DNA of 64,000 nt from Lama glama. Taxonomy: Eukaryota. The stretch spans positions 53,012,001 through 53,076,000 of the forward strand of contig CM052816.1 in NCBI GenBank assembly GCA_028534125.1. Reading direction: 5' to 3'. Of this stretch, positions 12,824-25,140 are shown piece after piece. The notes beneath the pieces are model-generated. The model saw nothing but the letters and a program-made list of their open reading frames with translations. It was not told the DNA's origin and searched no databases. Both the position numbers and the translations under genes were made by a program. The first letter of the stretch is position 1. The number at the start of each line of letters is the position of its first letter.

Positions 12824-15427
12824 GTAAGTTAAATCATAAGATCTGAGAGGAAATCTGCATTTTTCAAGTCAGATGTCTTAAATATATAACAGACAATGGA
12901 GAGTGTAAAATGCAAGAGAAATTTTTTTAATATTCTCAGAACAACTTTAGTGACTTTAGAGCAGAAAGTAAGAGATCATTGGATTCCTCGTCAATTGAAA
13001 AATTTATTGTATACATTAAAAATGGTCACCGTGGATTGAGAAGGATTTGTGTGGTTAACTCTCTGTGTGATAGGAAATAAAAGGAAGGGATTATCACTTC
13101 AGAATGGATTTTGCTGAGGAGTTAACACCGTTGGCTGAAGATGTTATGCAAGATAGGTAGACACTAAGTTCTTCTGGATTATGAAAACTCAAGCTGATAA
13201 TGATTTAGATTTCTGCCTTTTGGCATCATAGCAGGCACATATAGAATTCCTGTGTTCCTGTTAGGAAAGTGGTGAGAATTACTCTGAGCAATCTGATGCA
13301 ATACAGCATACAGTCTAATAGACACCATGAAGAGTTCTCGGAACTGACCAAGTGAATTACTGTGGTCAGAGGGGCTGGTGAAATACAGAGCATCACCAGG
13401 CTAGATACTGGAAGTAAAACAGTTGTCTGCATATAAGTAAAAGCCATGCAATGTTCTTACCAGCAGCACCTTGAATTCTTGTGAATGTCACACAGAAAAA
13501 GTTTATAAGGAAAAGGAAACGATCTCAGGATAATAAGATCAGGGGGATGAGGATTACTGACTTTTGCTCTTCAGATTTTATGCTTACCAGACCTAAAGAT
13601 TTATGGTGAAAACTGCTGTGTTTAAAGCATTTTGTTAAAAGGATGACCCTACATTTGAAACATGTTACCTTTGATTTGGTATACATAGAATCTGATGGCT
13701 TGAGAGTTGAAATTGCTCAAGTGTAGGGTATTTAGGCTCTTGTTAGATGCACTCTGTTAATACTTAAGTTAAACCTAAGCTAATTATTACAGAAATCACT
13801 CAGTCTTAAAAATCAGTTATTTAAAAAAAAAAACTTACCCTTTTGTGAATATTTATTGACTTGAGGTTATAAGATAGTTTAATAATTAAAATAATCTTTG
13901 TTTGCTTTTGTTTTAGTTGTAAATTTTCCTTAACACTGTTGTTTTCAAGTGCTTTTGTTAAATTTTTGATATAAATTACACTTTAACGCTCAGTTTTATG
14001 ACTTTTAAGTTTTGCCTTGGTGATTATAAGTCATTCTCTGTAAGATGATTAAAACAAACAAGTGTTACCTGATTTCATTTCTCTAACACCCATCATATTC
14101 TCTAAATACATTTCCTGAACTGTGGTAAAGGAATAAGTTCTAGACTCAAAGTATTTCAACATAACAGGGACACAGTCATCTAGTTAAGCATTGCCCCTCC
14201 ATAAACAGTTCCCTTAGGAAATTACACAGTTATTCTAATATTTTTGCTCTTACTCAGAACCTTTTTGGAGCTTTTCTTTTGAAATAATCTATTAAAGCCT
14301 ATAGCAAATAAATTAAAACTGTAATTATATTACATTTGCTGAATTTCTTGACAACAAAGGAACTAAATTGTGGATTAATTTCTGAAACCTGCATGAAATG
14401 ATTTTTAAGCCTAAGTAATTCTGACTATAAATTAAGTTTGTTTTTTTTCACCATGTCTTTCAAGTTACTGGGCAGATAGCTAATGTGGTAAAGAAATAGT
14501 TTATTAAATTCTGTCAGTCATATTGGCTCCTCTTATCCCGTCTTTTCTCTGAGAATGGGTTTTATATATAAACAATTTTATTTTTCCTCTTTAAAGTTAA
14601 CAAACATTTGCTTTTTGACCAAATTTACTGCTAGTGAATCCTAGTGTTCTGAGGGTGAAATGACTATTAGGAGACAACTCTAGTTTATTTATTCACTAGA
14701 CTTGGTCCAAGTCTATAATCAGTCTCTTCAGAATATTTTGGCCCAGCGATGACAAAATCATGACTTACTTTCCAAGCCACCTTGAAGGCTAATGTTGGTG
14801 CTTTGTAGACTGTAAGGGACCCAAAGGAGTATGTAATCTTTTATAGTTGAAGCAAGCATGTAAATATTCTGGCTTGTTTTATCATTAAAAACTGTACGTG
14901 AAACAGTTATACGTCAAACATCATAAAGGTTTGAAGAAGGCTGTGAAGGCAGTTCTAGACAAGAGCCTCTCAAAATCAGGGAGAGCAGCAGCACGGAAGG
15001 AAATGTGTGGTCTCCAGAGGTTGATGTATGAGGAAAATTCCAATTTAATTTTCTCCGTGATACACAAACATAGTATCCTTGCTGATTACACTCCCAAACT
15101 GTACCCTCACCCCTTGGTCTTATTAAATATATATGAGCAACCAAGGAGGGACATGTGTAAGCTATCTGAGACCAAACTCTAGCTTCGTTGTATCATGATG
15201 TTTTTAAATGAGATTTGTCAGAGTACTCTATGGTGCGCAAGCAAATGTTTGATATTAGGCTTATTTTCCCGTCATTTTCATATTACACCTGTAATTGATT
15301 TGAGGGCTTATTGGCTTGTGTAAGAGTCAGCTATTCGGTAAAATGGAAGAAAACGAAGATAAAAGTAGGCAAAATTGAAATCGACCCGTTTTTATTTGGT
15401 TAATGTCTATAGTCTTTATACATTTAG

Positions 15428-15520
15428 TTTGCAGAAAAGTTTCAGGAATTTAAAGAAGCTGCTCGACTAGCCAAGGAGAAATCACAAGAAAAGATGGAAC
15501 TTACCAGTACACCTTCACAG
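15428..15520 (+). CDS. HOMER1: HOMER1 coding exon 4 (93 nt, phase 0-0), end of EVH1 and linker
   Basis: Acceptor catttag|TTT, donor CAG|gtgggt. Translates FAEKFQEFKEAARLAKEKSQEKMELTSTPSQ. Confidence 0.97.
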
Positions 15521-15844
15521 GTGGGTATCTAATTTCTATTCTTATTTATAAGTCTTTTTCATTTTCAGTGGTATCCTTTACGCCAGAGATAAGTTTGGGG
15601 GGAAAAATGGCAAAATTAAGGTGATTTCCAAAGTGGACATAAAAATGCACCCTTCAGTTAATCTGTACTCATAGATGAAGGATTTTTTTTCTTTTTTTCT
15701 TTTTTTCTTTTCTATATGCCAGTGTCTTCAAGAATCTCAGGGGGAAAAAATCAGCTTAATAATTAAAACTCAGGTTTTTTTAATGTGCATATAACTTAAA
15801 AACAATTGTACATAAAGAGCATAGATTGGCCTATTGTTTGTTTT

Positions 15845-16360
15845 CTGTGTTCCGTGATGGTCAGTTGGGTGCAGCCACAAGAGGAGACACAGGAGAGGCT
15901 TGGGAAAACAAAAGTTTGTTATACTCACAGGTCCTAGAAACTGGGGGCATGGCACACCTCTGAGGGGTACCAGGGATGCCTCAAGGTGGTCAGGAGGCAG
16001 AAAGCAGGAGCAGAAGGGAATACCAAGGCTAGAGCCCTGTACTGGGCTTTCTCTGGGAATGGCAGGGGAGAGTGAACAGTTTGGGATTGGCTAGTCTGAG
16101 TCATTTCATTGAGCTCTGAACTACAGGGGTGGACCCTGGTTGCCTGCTACTGGGCTCTTAGATGACTAAGGCAGAGGAATATTGCCTCCTGGGATGCAGG
16201 GGCCAGAGAGAGGATGTGTGGCTCGGCCAGGGTGGGGGTGGGGGTTAATTTGCATATCAAAGGCATGTTCCCACCTTACCCCTGCTCTCTCTGAGAACTG
16301 GCTTGCCAGAAAGGTTTTTAAGATGTCAGAACATCACAATATACAGAAAATGTATATAAA
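15845..16360 (-). mobile_element. Solo ERVL-type LTR (MER76/MER74-like)
   Basis: GC-richer block with sharp edges in an AT-rich intron. Contains tttgttatactcacaggtcctag and atatacagaaaa motifs recalled from these LTRs. Confidence 0.55.
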
Positions 16361-17964
16361 CAGTATAGTTTGTTCTACCTGATTTCAAGGTATACTTAAA
16401 TCTGACAGTTGGAACATTTACATCTTAGCACTGAAACCCAAAAGGTTATAGGTTTTATAAAAGTATCACTTTTTCCTTTAACAAATGAGTTAATACCTGT
16501 TATTTGTCCATCATAGTCTTTCCTTAGCTGGAAATTAATTATACCTCCAAATAAAATTCATTAAATAGTTACATTTCAGTACTTTTTCAAATGTTTTAAT
16601 GTATATAATATGACTCATAGAATGCCAATTATTTCCAGTTTTCTTAATAATAGACTTCTAAAATTAATCTTTATTTCAGTTGTCATCTTAAGAATAAGGT
16701 TCAGCTTTTTGCTGAGTTCTTCTCTGTAGTAATTATTGGTTTTTGAAATATAGTTAAGAAATTTTGTAAAAGGAAGGATTGGATGTTACAAATGGTTCTC
16801 TGGAAAAATAGCAGTTGTAGCTGGTTTACCTAAAACTTTCTTGAGGAAGTTAATAGGAATTGCCTTGGAATTTTGTGACTGGCCAAATGATTGGCACATT
16901 TTAGAAAATGGTTTGCTCTTCACCTTCTTTCTCATCCCTGGCAGCCAACTCTATTTGATAAACTCTACTGGTGTAAAGAGTTTTGGGTTTTTCAGAGGAA
17001 AGGAGAGCTCTATTAACAATGCTTAGAGTACATATTTCCTCATAGACTAAAGGTGTACTCTGGATTGAAGCCAAAGCTCTGTTATACCTCCTTTATACTC
17101 GCAGTGACCTGGAATGACGTGAATGATCATTTTGAAACTTCCCTTGAATCTGTCTTCCCTGAGTGTTATGGTAGTGTAGTTACGCTTTTAAGCATAAAAC
17201 CCTATTTAAAATTTAGTACCAGTACATTAAAATTTAGTACCAGTACACGTTGGGAGCTCCCAGTTCCTCGGGTGAATGATTCTAGTATCACAAGAGGATG
17301 CTACAACACATTCAATAAGAGCATACTCAAAAGACTCCAATAAAATTGTAGTAGATTACACTTTGCCATTGTACTTAGTTCCTGTTTCTCTAATCATAAC
17401 TTGTTTTTGTTTAATTGACCATGAACCATTACAAGTTGCTGCTAAGATACCTGCTCCTCTTTGGTGGAAGGAATGTCTTTAAGCCTTTACTTTCGTCAAA
17501 GGACTATTTCAAAGATGTTTACATTTGGAAAGTGCTGTGAAGTGTAAGGCATAAAGAAATGTCTTAAGTTCATTTGTATTTGAAAGCAAAAATATACTAA
17601 CCTTAATTTACCCTTTCAAAATATTTGAAATCTGATTGTTAATTTACAGAAGCCAGAGAAATAGGGGGGAAGTATTTTCATTTCTTTTTCCTCCCCTTCC
17701 TCTTTTTCATGCCAATCCCTTATAGAGGTCATTAATATTTCTATTTTAGCTTGACTTGTATGACCTCTGGCTACCCTAACCCTGCTCAGCTAGAAAGCAG
17801 AGCTTGATTCTCACGGGTTTAACCCAATCTACTAAATGAATGCTCTGCCTGGAGAATAGAATATTATTCAGGAATTCAGCAAGGGGATCAAGAAATTAAA
17901 TGGGATAATTGATAATAGTACACATTCAGTTGGTCATAGCTTTTGCCTTTTTTTTTTGAGGTGG

Positions 17965-18370
17965 TGTAACAAACTGGTAAAGTGTGTAGATTTTCAGGTC
18001 AAAGAGACTCAAATATAAATCCTTTTTTCTGTCACTATGTGATCCTGGGAAAATTGCTTAACCCAAATCTATCTATACACTTGTAACATGAGTTTTATGT
18101 TGCTTACCTTATAAGATTATTGAGTGGAGTAAATATGATAATGGCAGTGTCCGTTAGGCAGTGTTACACAGTAATGGCAATAATGTAGACTCCAGAGCTG
18201 GGCTTTGAATCTGGGCTCTAACCCTATTAGTTTTCTGAACTTAAGCAAGTTACTATTTTCTTAATCTATAAAATGGGAGTAAGGACAATATTTCCTTACA
18301 GAGTTATTGTGAGAATTAAATGAGGATTATAAAGTGCTCAGTGTACAATAAAGGCTTAATAAACGTTAAC
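17965..18370 (+). mobile_element. Two adjacent MIR remnants
   Basis: MIR-like text such as ctatgtgatcctgggaaaattgcttaa and atctataaaatggga...gttattgtgagaattaaatgag. Confidence 0.65.
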
Positions 18371-18473
18371 AACTGAGTTGGTGATGTGGCTGTAATGTTA
18401 AAGACGATGATGTAAAGCCTTGACATAACAGTTTTTTAGAAAAATAGAGATGCCTTAACTGACTAAAGCTTCC

Positions 18474-18636
18474 ATTAGAAGCCCCTGGAAGAGTTGTTAA
18501 AACACAATTGCTGCATCCCAAACTTAGGGTTTCTTATTTAGAAGGGCTGAGATAGGGCTTGAATTTCTGTTTCTTACAAGTTTCCAGGAGATGCTGATGG
18601 CTGTTGATCTGGGGACCACACTTTGAGATGCAGTGC
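18474..18636. mobile_element. MER5A (hAT-Charlie) remnant
   Basis: cattagaagcccctggaagagttgttaaaacaca...gatgctgatg..ggggaccacactttgag. Confidence 0.75.
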
Positions 18637-19410
18637 TATAGACAAATCAGTCTATCTCTCTAAAAGCTTGTAATGAAAGGAGTCTGGCATGTTTTCTGGT
18701 CACTTCTCTCTTCTTAGACTCTTGAATTAAGATTGTACCCATGATAATAAATGTGTGGTGGTGTCAGATAATCTTAATGTTGATTTCATCAAGGTAACAT
18801 CTTTAGGAATAAGTTGAATCACATATTAGTTGTTAGTTTCTTTTGTGTATCTCTTTAAATAACACATTGATTTAGAACTTTGCCTCTGTCAGAGATTTAC
18901 GTTCTCCCTTTTCCATGGGAATCTTTTAAACAGTCTGTTTGATATAAAATCAAGAGTGATGATTGACTTTAAATCTGAAGTTTCTTAGAAAGTTCACAGT
19001 TTTAAAAACACTGTATTTCAGTTAACTTGTTAGGCACGTTCCTGAGAATATACATTGAAGAAAAAAGATCTGTATAATCAAATAGTATTCAAATTTTTCT
19101 TCACTAGAGTTTAGAAAAAAATAATTTTAGCTGTCAGTTGACAAAGACTTTTAAATTGAGTAAAGTCTATTTACTCCATCACTTGTTTGTAGGCAAACAA
19201 AAGTCATGGGTTTTTCCCCCATTTAAATTGTCAGGTTGTATAGCATGGAACATATTGTAGTTGTTATCTTGATTTATAATTAATATATGTAGCTTTCTCC
19301 TTAAGATTTTTTAGACTTCACTTTATAGAAAAAGTGGATTATATGTGTGTGAGTATATGTATACGAAGAAAAAGTTTCTTTAGCTTTGTTATTAATACCG
19401 TAATTTGGGT

Positions 19411-19541
19411 GGGGGAAGGTATAGCTAGTGGTAGAGTGTGTGCTTAGCATGCATGAGGTCCTGGGTTCAATCCCCAGTACCTACATTAAAATAAATACCT
19501 ACCTACCTAATTACCTCCCCCCAAAAAATAAAATTTAAAAA
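19411..19541 (+). mobile_element. tRNA-derived SINE (vic-1-like)
   Basis: gggggaaggtatagctagtggtagag...ctgggttcaatccccagtacc...cctaattacctcccccc, followed by an A tail. Confidence 0.9.
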
Positions 19542-19620
19542 GTACAATAATTTTTTAAAGTATTCATTTTAGTGATAAAATTGTATTTACCCAAATAGCA
19601 CAGGCTTATTGTAACTGATT

Positions 19621-19709
19621 TTTTTTGGAGGGAGTAGGGAGGTAATTAGGTTTATTTATTTATTTATTTCTTAATTAAGGCATTCTACCACTGAGCTATA
19701 CCTTCCCCC
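19621..19709 (-). mobile_element. Internally deleted vic-1-like SINE with perfect 14-bp TSD
   Basis: TATTGTAACTGATT at 19607-19620 and 19710-19723. The A box is present, the B-box region is missing, and the 3' cctaattacctccc motif is present. Confidence 0.88.
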
Positions 19710-20224
19710 TATTGTAACTGATTGTTAGGATCTCTGTGACTGGTGTTTGTACCCATGAAAGTCAGTTGATCCTCTCTAGAGAGTAGTTCTTGAATCTATC
19801 AGATCAGAAGTTTGAACTGTATCATATCTTAGAACATTTAAAGTGCAATAAATCTCAAATGTTTTAGGTTTTCTTTAACAAAGGTGTCACTTGCTATAAA
19901 TGTATTTTTTGAAAGGTAGTCTGCATTAGCCAAGTATTACTTCCCTAAACTATAATATTTATATATCTAGTCCACAAATATACCATTAGAATTAGTAAAT
20001 GCCTATAAATTAACATGATACCCTGTTACTATCATTAGACAAGTATGGTTTCACCGAACCAAATGCCACAAGAACAACTTTTACAACCTCAGGAAAGGTT
20101 CACTAGAATTCTCTGGTATTATTGTTTGCCCTCCAAAGTAAGGACAGTGTAGATAAGATATGTGTCTTTAATCATGTTACTTGTCTCAGTGGAGTATTTT
20201 TCTCCTTCTGTATTGTTTATGTCC

Positions 20225-21790
20225 TAGATGTTGGCAGTGAAAATAGAAAAGGAAGAAATTAGACGTAATGGTGAAATTGACTGAACTGGGAGGAAATGCA
20301 GGAACTGAGGGAGTGATGAAGGCAAGAGAGAATAGTAAAGAAAGATGTTAAGTTAGATGTTCTTGAAACTTCTATTCTTGGTTTGTAGCATCAACTTCAA
20401 AGGAACATTCCTACTTCAGACAGTGAATTTGAATCCTGTTGGGAGATACAGGTGAATAGTGGGTAGTTAGAAATTTGGAATTGGAGCTAAGTCTCAGGAG
20501 TCATCAACAAATGAATAATAGTTAAAGCTGTAGGTGAGAATGATATCCAGGAAAAAAATAGGATGGAAAGACAGGAGAGACAGGGGTCAAAATTTGTCAC
20601 TTAAGATTGTCACTTAAGAAATTTGAGGAAGGTACAGGGGAAGACACAGAAGTAGGAAATGAAATAGCAGAGAATGTTAGCACAGAAGTCAAGAGAACTG
20701 CATTTTAAATTGGAGACAGTGATTTGGTACTTCAGGGGCAGAATTCCAATAGGTTGAGACTTAAGGGTGCAACAGCAAACTGGAGTTCACTGGTAATTAA
20801 AGGTGGACTGTTGGTGAAGGAAGGGCAATGTGAAGTAGCTTCTAGAATGAACGGAGGTAGAGTTAGTGACTTTGGGCTGTTCTTGAGGCCAGAAGGCTTG
20901 GTAGTAAGAATAAGGTAAGATATTTGGTTCTCCTGTAGGAGAAAAAGGGTTAGCATAACCTAATAATAATAATCTCAGGAGGATGTGGAGTTAAGAATTT
21001 TTTCCTAGAATGTGTGTGTAGGAGTAACATGAGTGTGTTTTTAAATGTAAGGAAGGAGTTAGGGAAGGAAAAAGAGAATAGAAGGAAGGGATCATTGATG
21101 CAGCGTTGTGCAGAAGAACGTAATGTTTTGAGAGGGGAGGGTGGAAACAAATTAGCAACTTCATCTGAGACAGGAGGGAAAGATAAAAATGGATTTAGAT
21201 GCAAATAGGTGGGAAACTGAGAAAGTCTATGCCAGTTTATTTCTATTTTTTTCTGTGAAGAAAGAGATCATTCTCTAAGAGGAAGTACAACTGAAGAAAG
21301 AGAAGACTTGAGCAGAGGTTTGGAACTGCAGTTAGGTAAAGAAAAAGAAGAACCAAGTGTAAGTAAACTAAGGGATCCTCTGCACTTCAAGAGCATAACT
21401 GAAGTTGGAGCTCAAAATTATTTTCATGACACGACCCACTGTATTTAATGTATTTTCTCTGATAGCATTTGGTAGCTTGGGCACATGAAAATAGGGAATG
21501 ATGATATGAAATTGGAAATTGTCAAGATGGGTGTTGTGGAAGGTAAGGAATCCAGAAAATTGTGATGATGCTGGTGAGGATATAATTAAGGTGATTGCCT
21601 TTCTGCTGTAGGCTGACTGTGGAGAGAAGTAAAGCTGGATTGAGCTGGACAATGTAGCAAAATAGCAGATGGCCAAGAGATCTAAGTCTTGATGAGGCTG
21701 AAGAGCAGATGGAAAGGGAGTGGGAGAGGTTGGGAAGATAGGAGGTTGTACAGCACAAGCCTTCCATGTCTGTTGGAATCAAAACCAGCA
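20225..21790 (-). mobile_element. Old L2 LINE fragment
   Basis: About 1.5 kb of purine-rich degenerate sequence typical of antisense L2 ORF2. Boundaries approximate. Confidence 0.6.
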
Positions 21791-24700
21791 GTTGATGAGT
21801 TAATCTGAAAAGTCGGTTAATGTAAAGACTTTTTTTTAAGATTCTTTTAAATTATAAATTAAAATTCAACAGTATTACATTTCATTTGTTCACCAACTTT
21901 TTTTATTTAAATCTTAAGTCTTTTCTTTAAATATAAATCTGTTCATTGGAATTCATGTTCTCTTTCTTACATAAATCACCAATAACTGATTGTAATTGCA
22001 TGAGTTTGTTTTCATTAAGTAGAGCTAACCCTTGGCCCTGCACACTCCTACTGCAGCACATACACCTGAGAGTAGGCTGGTGCTACCACTCTGAAGGTCT
22101 GGCCTGGAGTGAGGGCCAACATCATTTTCTTCCATGTGATTTAAGATATTTCTAGGGCTTTTTGCTTTTTTTTGGGGGGGGGAGCTTTCTTGCCGCTCTA
22201 TAAATAGAGTAGAGGGAACAAATTCTTAAGCACTTTCTGAATCTTACATCGGTGCTGAGGCGCCTTTTATGTAATGGGGTCATGTGTTAGTTTTGGCTTC
22301 CTTGATACTCTCAGATTTTAATATGCAAATTTTTTTCCCAGTTTGCCTATTGTTGTAGATTATATGTGTAGGTGTAGGGTGTAGGGAGAATTTCTCAGAA
22401 ACAGTGAGATGTGAGTTTTATTTTCTCAAAATAAGGATGTAGAGGTGAAAGAAATTCGTTAAATCTCAGTTTTTATTTATATTTTACACTTTTTATTTTT
22501 ATCAACTATGATCAAAGAATATGGTATTTGATAATTTTTTCCTTAAATGATTACTGTAGAAGTGACTAGCCACTCTGTTTCTAAGGAGAAGTTATCCTAC
22601 TTTTTCAAAAGTTTGTAGTCTAATAAATATACTTCCATGTTTTTTATTTTAATGTTTGATTTAAAGATGTAAAATGTTGGCTTTATGAAAGTTAAGGTTT
22701 TTAAGGAATAACTAAAGTTAGATGTTTAGAAAATTACACAAAGTTTATATTAAAAAAACAATTAGATGTTTGGAATATGTTAAGTAAAACAAGTTTCACA
22801 GTGCTATTTTTAGCATATGTTAAATTTCTGGAAGGTTTCACCCAATACTTTTGGCTACCTCTAGGGTAGTTGGAGAAGCTGGAGAGCAAAGGAGATTGAT
22901 TTCCCTTATTTCTGTTGGATTCTTTCTTATTTTCATGAGCAAATATTAATTTTTTTAAACCTCCTTAAAAATAAAACATGTTCTGGGCTTTTTTGTTTTC
23001 ATTTTAGATATAATGTTTAGGATAACTTAAATATGCCTTTTGTTAAACACAGCTAATGTTCGAGCTTTTGGAAGAAAAGCTTGCTGCAGTGAGATACTGG
23101 CATCATTGCAACCTCCATCGCTTTCTTCCTTCTCTCCTTCTTAGTTGCTTCAGCAGCATCACCATTTCTAGCCTCCCCAACACCCATGCCTCATAATCTT
23201 TCTTATTTTCCCCCAGAAGGTAGTAAGAACCAGAAATCAAATGACTATTCCTCTTCCTTTCTCTTTTGGTCCTAATCTATTTTTGTCCCTCATACTGTTA
23301 TCATCCAGTTCTAGCAAATCCATAGTTGCTAATACTGGTTATGCCTTTTCAGGATAACAAGGTAATTTGCCTCTGTTATCATTTTCACTGAATCAGGTCC
23401 TGGCCAACTTACTGTTTAGTTCATTGGACAGTGAACCTTGATTATTTTAGTTTGGTTTGGCCTTTCTTGGAGAAAAATTTTCCTGATTTATTGAAACCAA
23501 ATGTGAATACCTCATGGTTTCTTACTGGCTGCTTGAAGTTTTTCTAGCTAATTGATATGGTCCATAACTGATCTAGAAATAGTCATTTTGGATACTGTTC
23601 CCATTATTCACTTAGTGAGATTTGACTTTGTTGTTGAACAATTTCATGTTGTCATATTATCCTACAAACTATTCATGCATTGACTATCAGTTAATAGGAA
23701 CAATAGATTTAGGAAAAAGATTTAAAAATAATGAAATTGAAGATCAAACTAGAGGTTCCATTAATAATTAAAAAATAGTTAAGTGATAATGTGAAATCAA
23801 GAAAGTAGCCTTTTGATCTTTGATGGCTTGTACAATTTATAGCATTATGGAATTATTAGTAAAATATTTAAATGTGAAATAAAACACATACAACAATATA
23901 AAACTAGAAGCCCCAGAAAAGAAAGTTGGTCTTACTACATTAATATTTTCTATATTTCTTCCTAGTCCTTCTTCATATGCAATACTTTTTCTGTGATCTA
24001 AATATCTCCTTATATCACCCTTTTTTTCTAGTTATAAGCATTTTCCTATATTACACATATTCTTCTTCTTTTTATTTGAGGAAATAGTATATTCTTTCAA
24101 GCTGACAAATTATGACCCATATCCCTTTTGGACGCTGGTGTTTTAATTTTCTTCCCCAACATAACCTCGTATTTCAGTTGTTAAGTTTTATTGCCCAGAG
24201 ATTGCAAGGGGTCCACCAAGCTGCTCTTTAACAATCTGGTGCTAGTACCTTCCCTGGTTAACAGGTTTATCAAATGACCTCTCATTCTGATTTCTAGTAT
24301 CACATTTAGGTAGTCTGATGATGGCAGTCACGAACGTGTCAGCATGAGCTTCGTTTTAAATTCCATTTATTTTCCAGTGGGATAAATTTAATTTACATCC
24401 ATAGAAATAAGACAGGAAATTTTGCAAAGAAAAATATTTTCATTATGAGTAGCAGGCAAGAAAAGCTAAAATACACTAACATCATTATATATAATATGGT
24501 ATAGAAATATTTCTGGTTACTTTTCTAAATGACTGTTGGAATTGAAAACAATGGCAGATAAGAAAAATTAAGACTTGTTGAAGATTCATTCTCCTCGCCT
24601 TCCTACCCTCCCAAATAAAAAATAAAATCTTGCATTTTTGTCCCATTTTTTTCTTCTCAAGTAATTATTGAATATTTTTTATTCTAATCAATTAATTGAT

Positions 24701-25000
24701 TATATAAATGCAGAAGTTTTTCGGTTCTTTGAAACTACACTTCTAAATTGTGTTATGTTTACATCTTTTTTTTTAATGTTTACATTTTTAAATTGTATTC
24801 TTTCAATTTTCTTGTGTGTTAAAAAATTGTTTCTCCTTCACAGTTCATTTTTTAAGTCTTTGACGCAAATGTCAATTGAAATATAACCATACTTCATAAG
24901 TAAACATACATCAGAGTCTTTTTTAATTTTTAGATGATCTTGTGTATTTTAACATATATAACTCTTTTTTATTTCCACTCCCTTTTTTTTTTTTTTAAAG

Positions 25001-25140
25001 GAGTCAGCAGGCGGGGATCTTCAGTCTCCTTTAACACCAGAAAGTATCAATGGGACAGATGATGAGAGAACACCTGATGTGACACAGAACTCCGAGCCAA
25101 GGCCTGAACCGACTCAGAATGCATTGTCATTTTCACATAG
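25001..25140 (+). CDS. HOMER1: HOMER1 coding exon 5 (140 nt, phase 0-2), contains Homer1 P-motif SPLTP (25025-25039)
   Basis: Long poly-T acceptor ttttaaag|GAG, donor TAG|gtacag. Translates ESAGGDLQSPLTPESINGTDDERTPDVTQNSEPRPEPTQNALSFSH(S/R). Confidence 0.97.

Larger units (their letters stand above)
8217..25140 (+). ncRNA. circHomer1 (back-spliced exons 2-5, 522 nt spliced length), inferred by orthology
   Basis: Exon lengths are 157+132+93+140=522 and both flanking introns are long. An exon 2-5 circRNA is known in human and rodent brain. Its expression in this species cannot be seen from DNA. Confidence 0.6.

Noticed and set aside
14898..15182. 94-aa basic ORF with GTG start
   Set aside because: No recognisable homology, splice context or retrocopy hallmarks; treated as a chance ORF.
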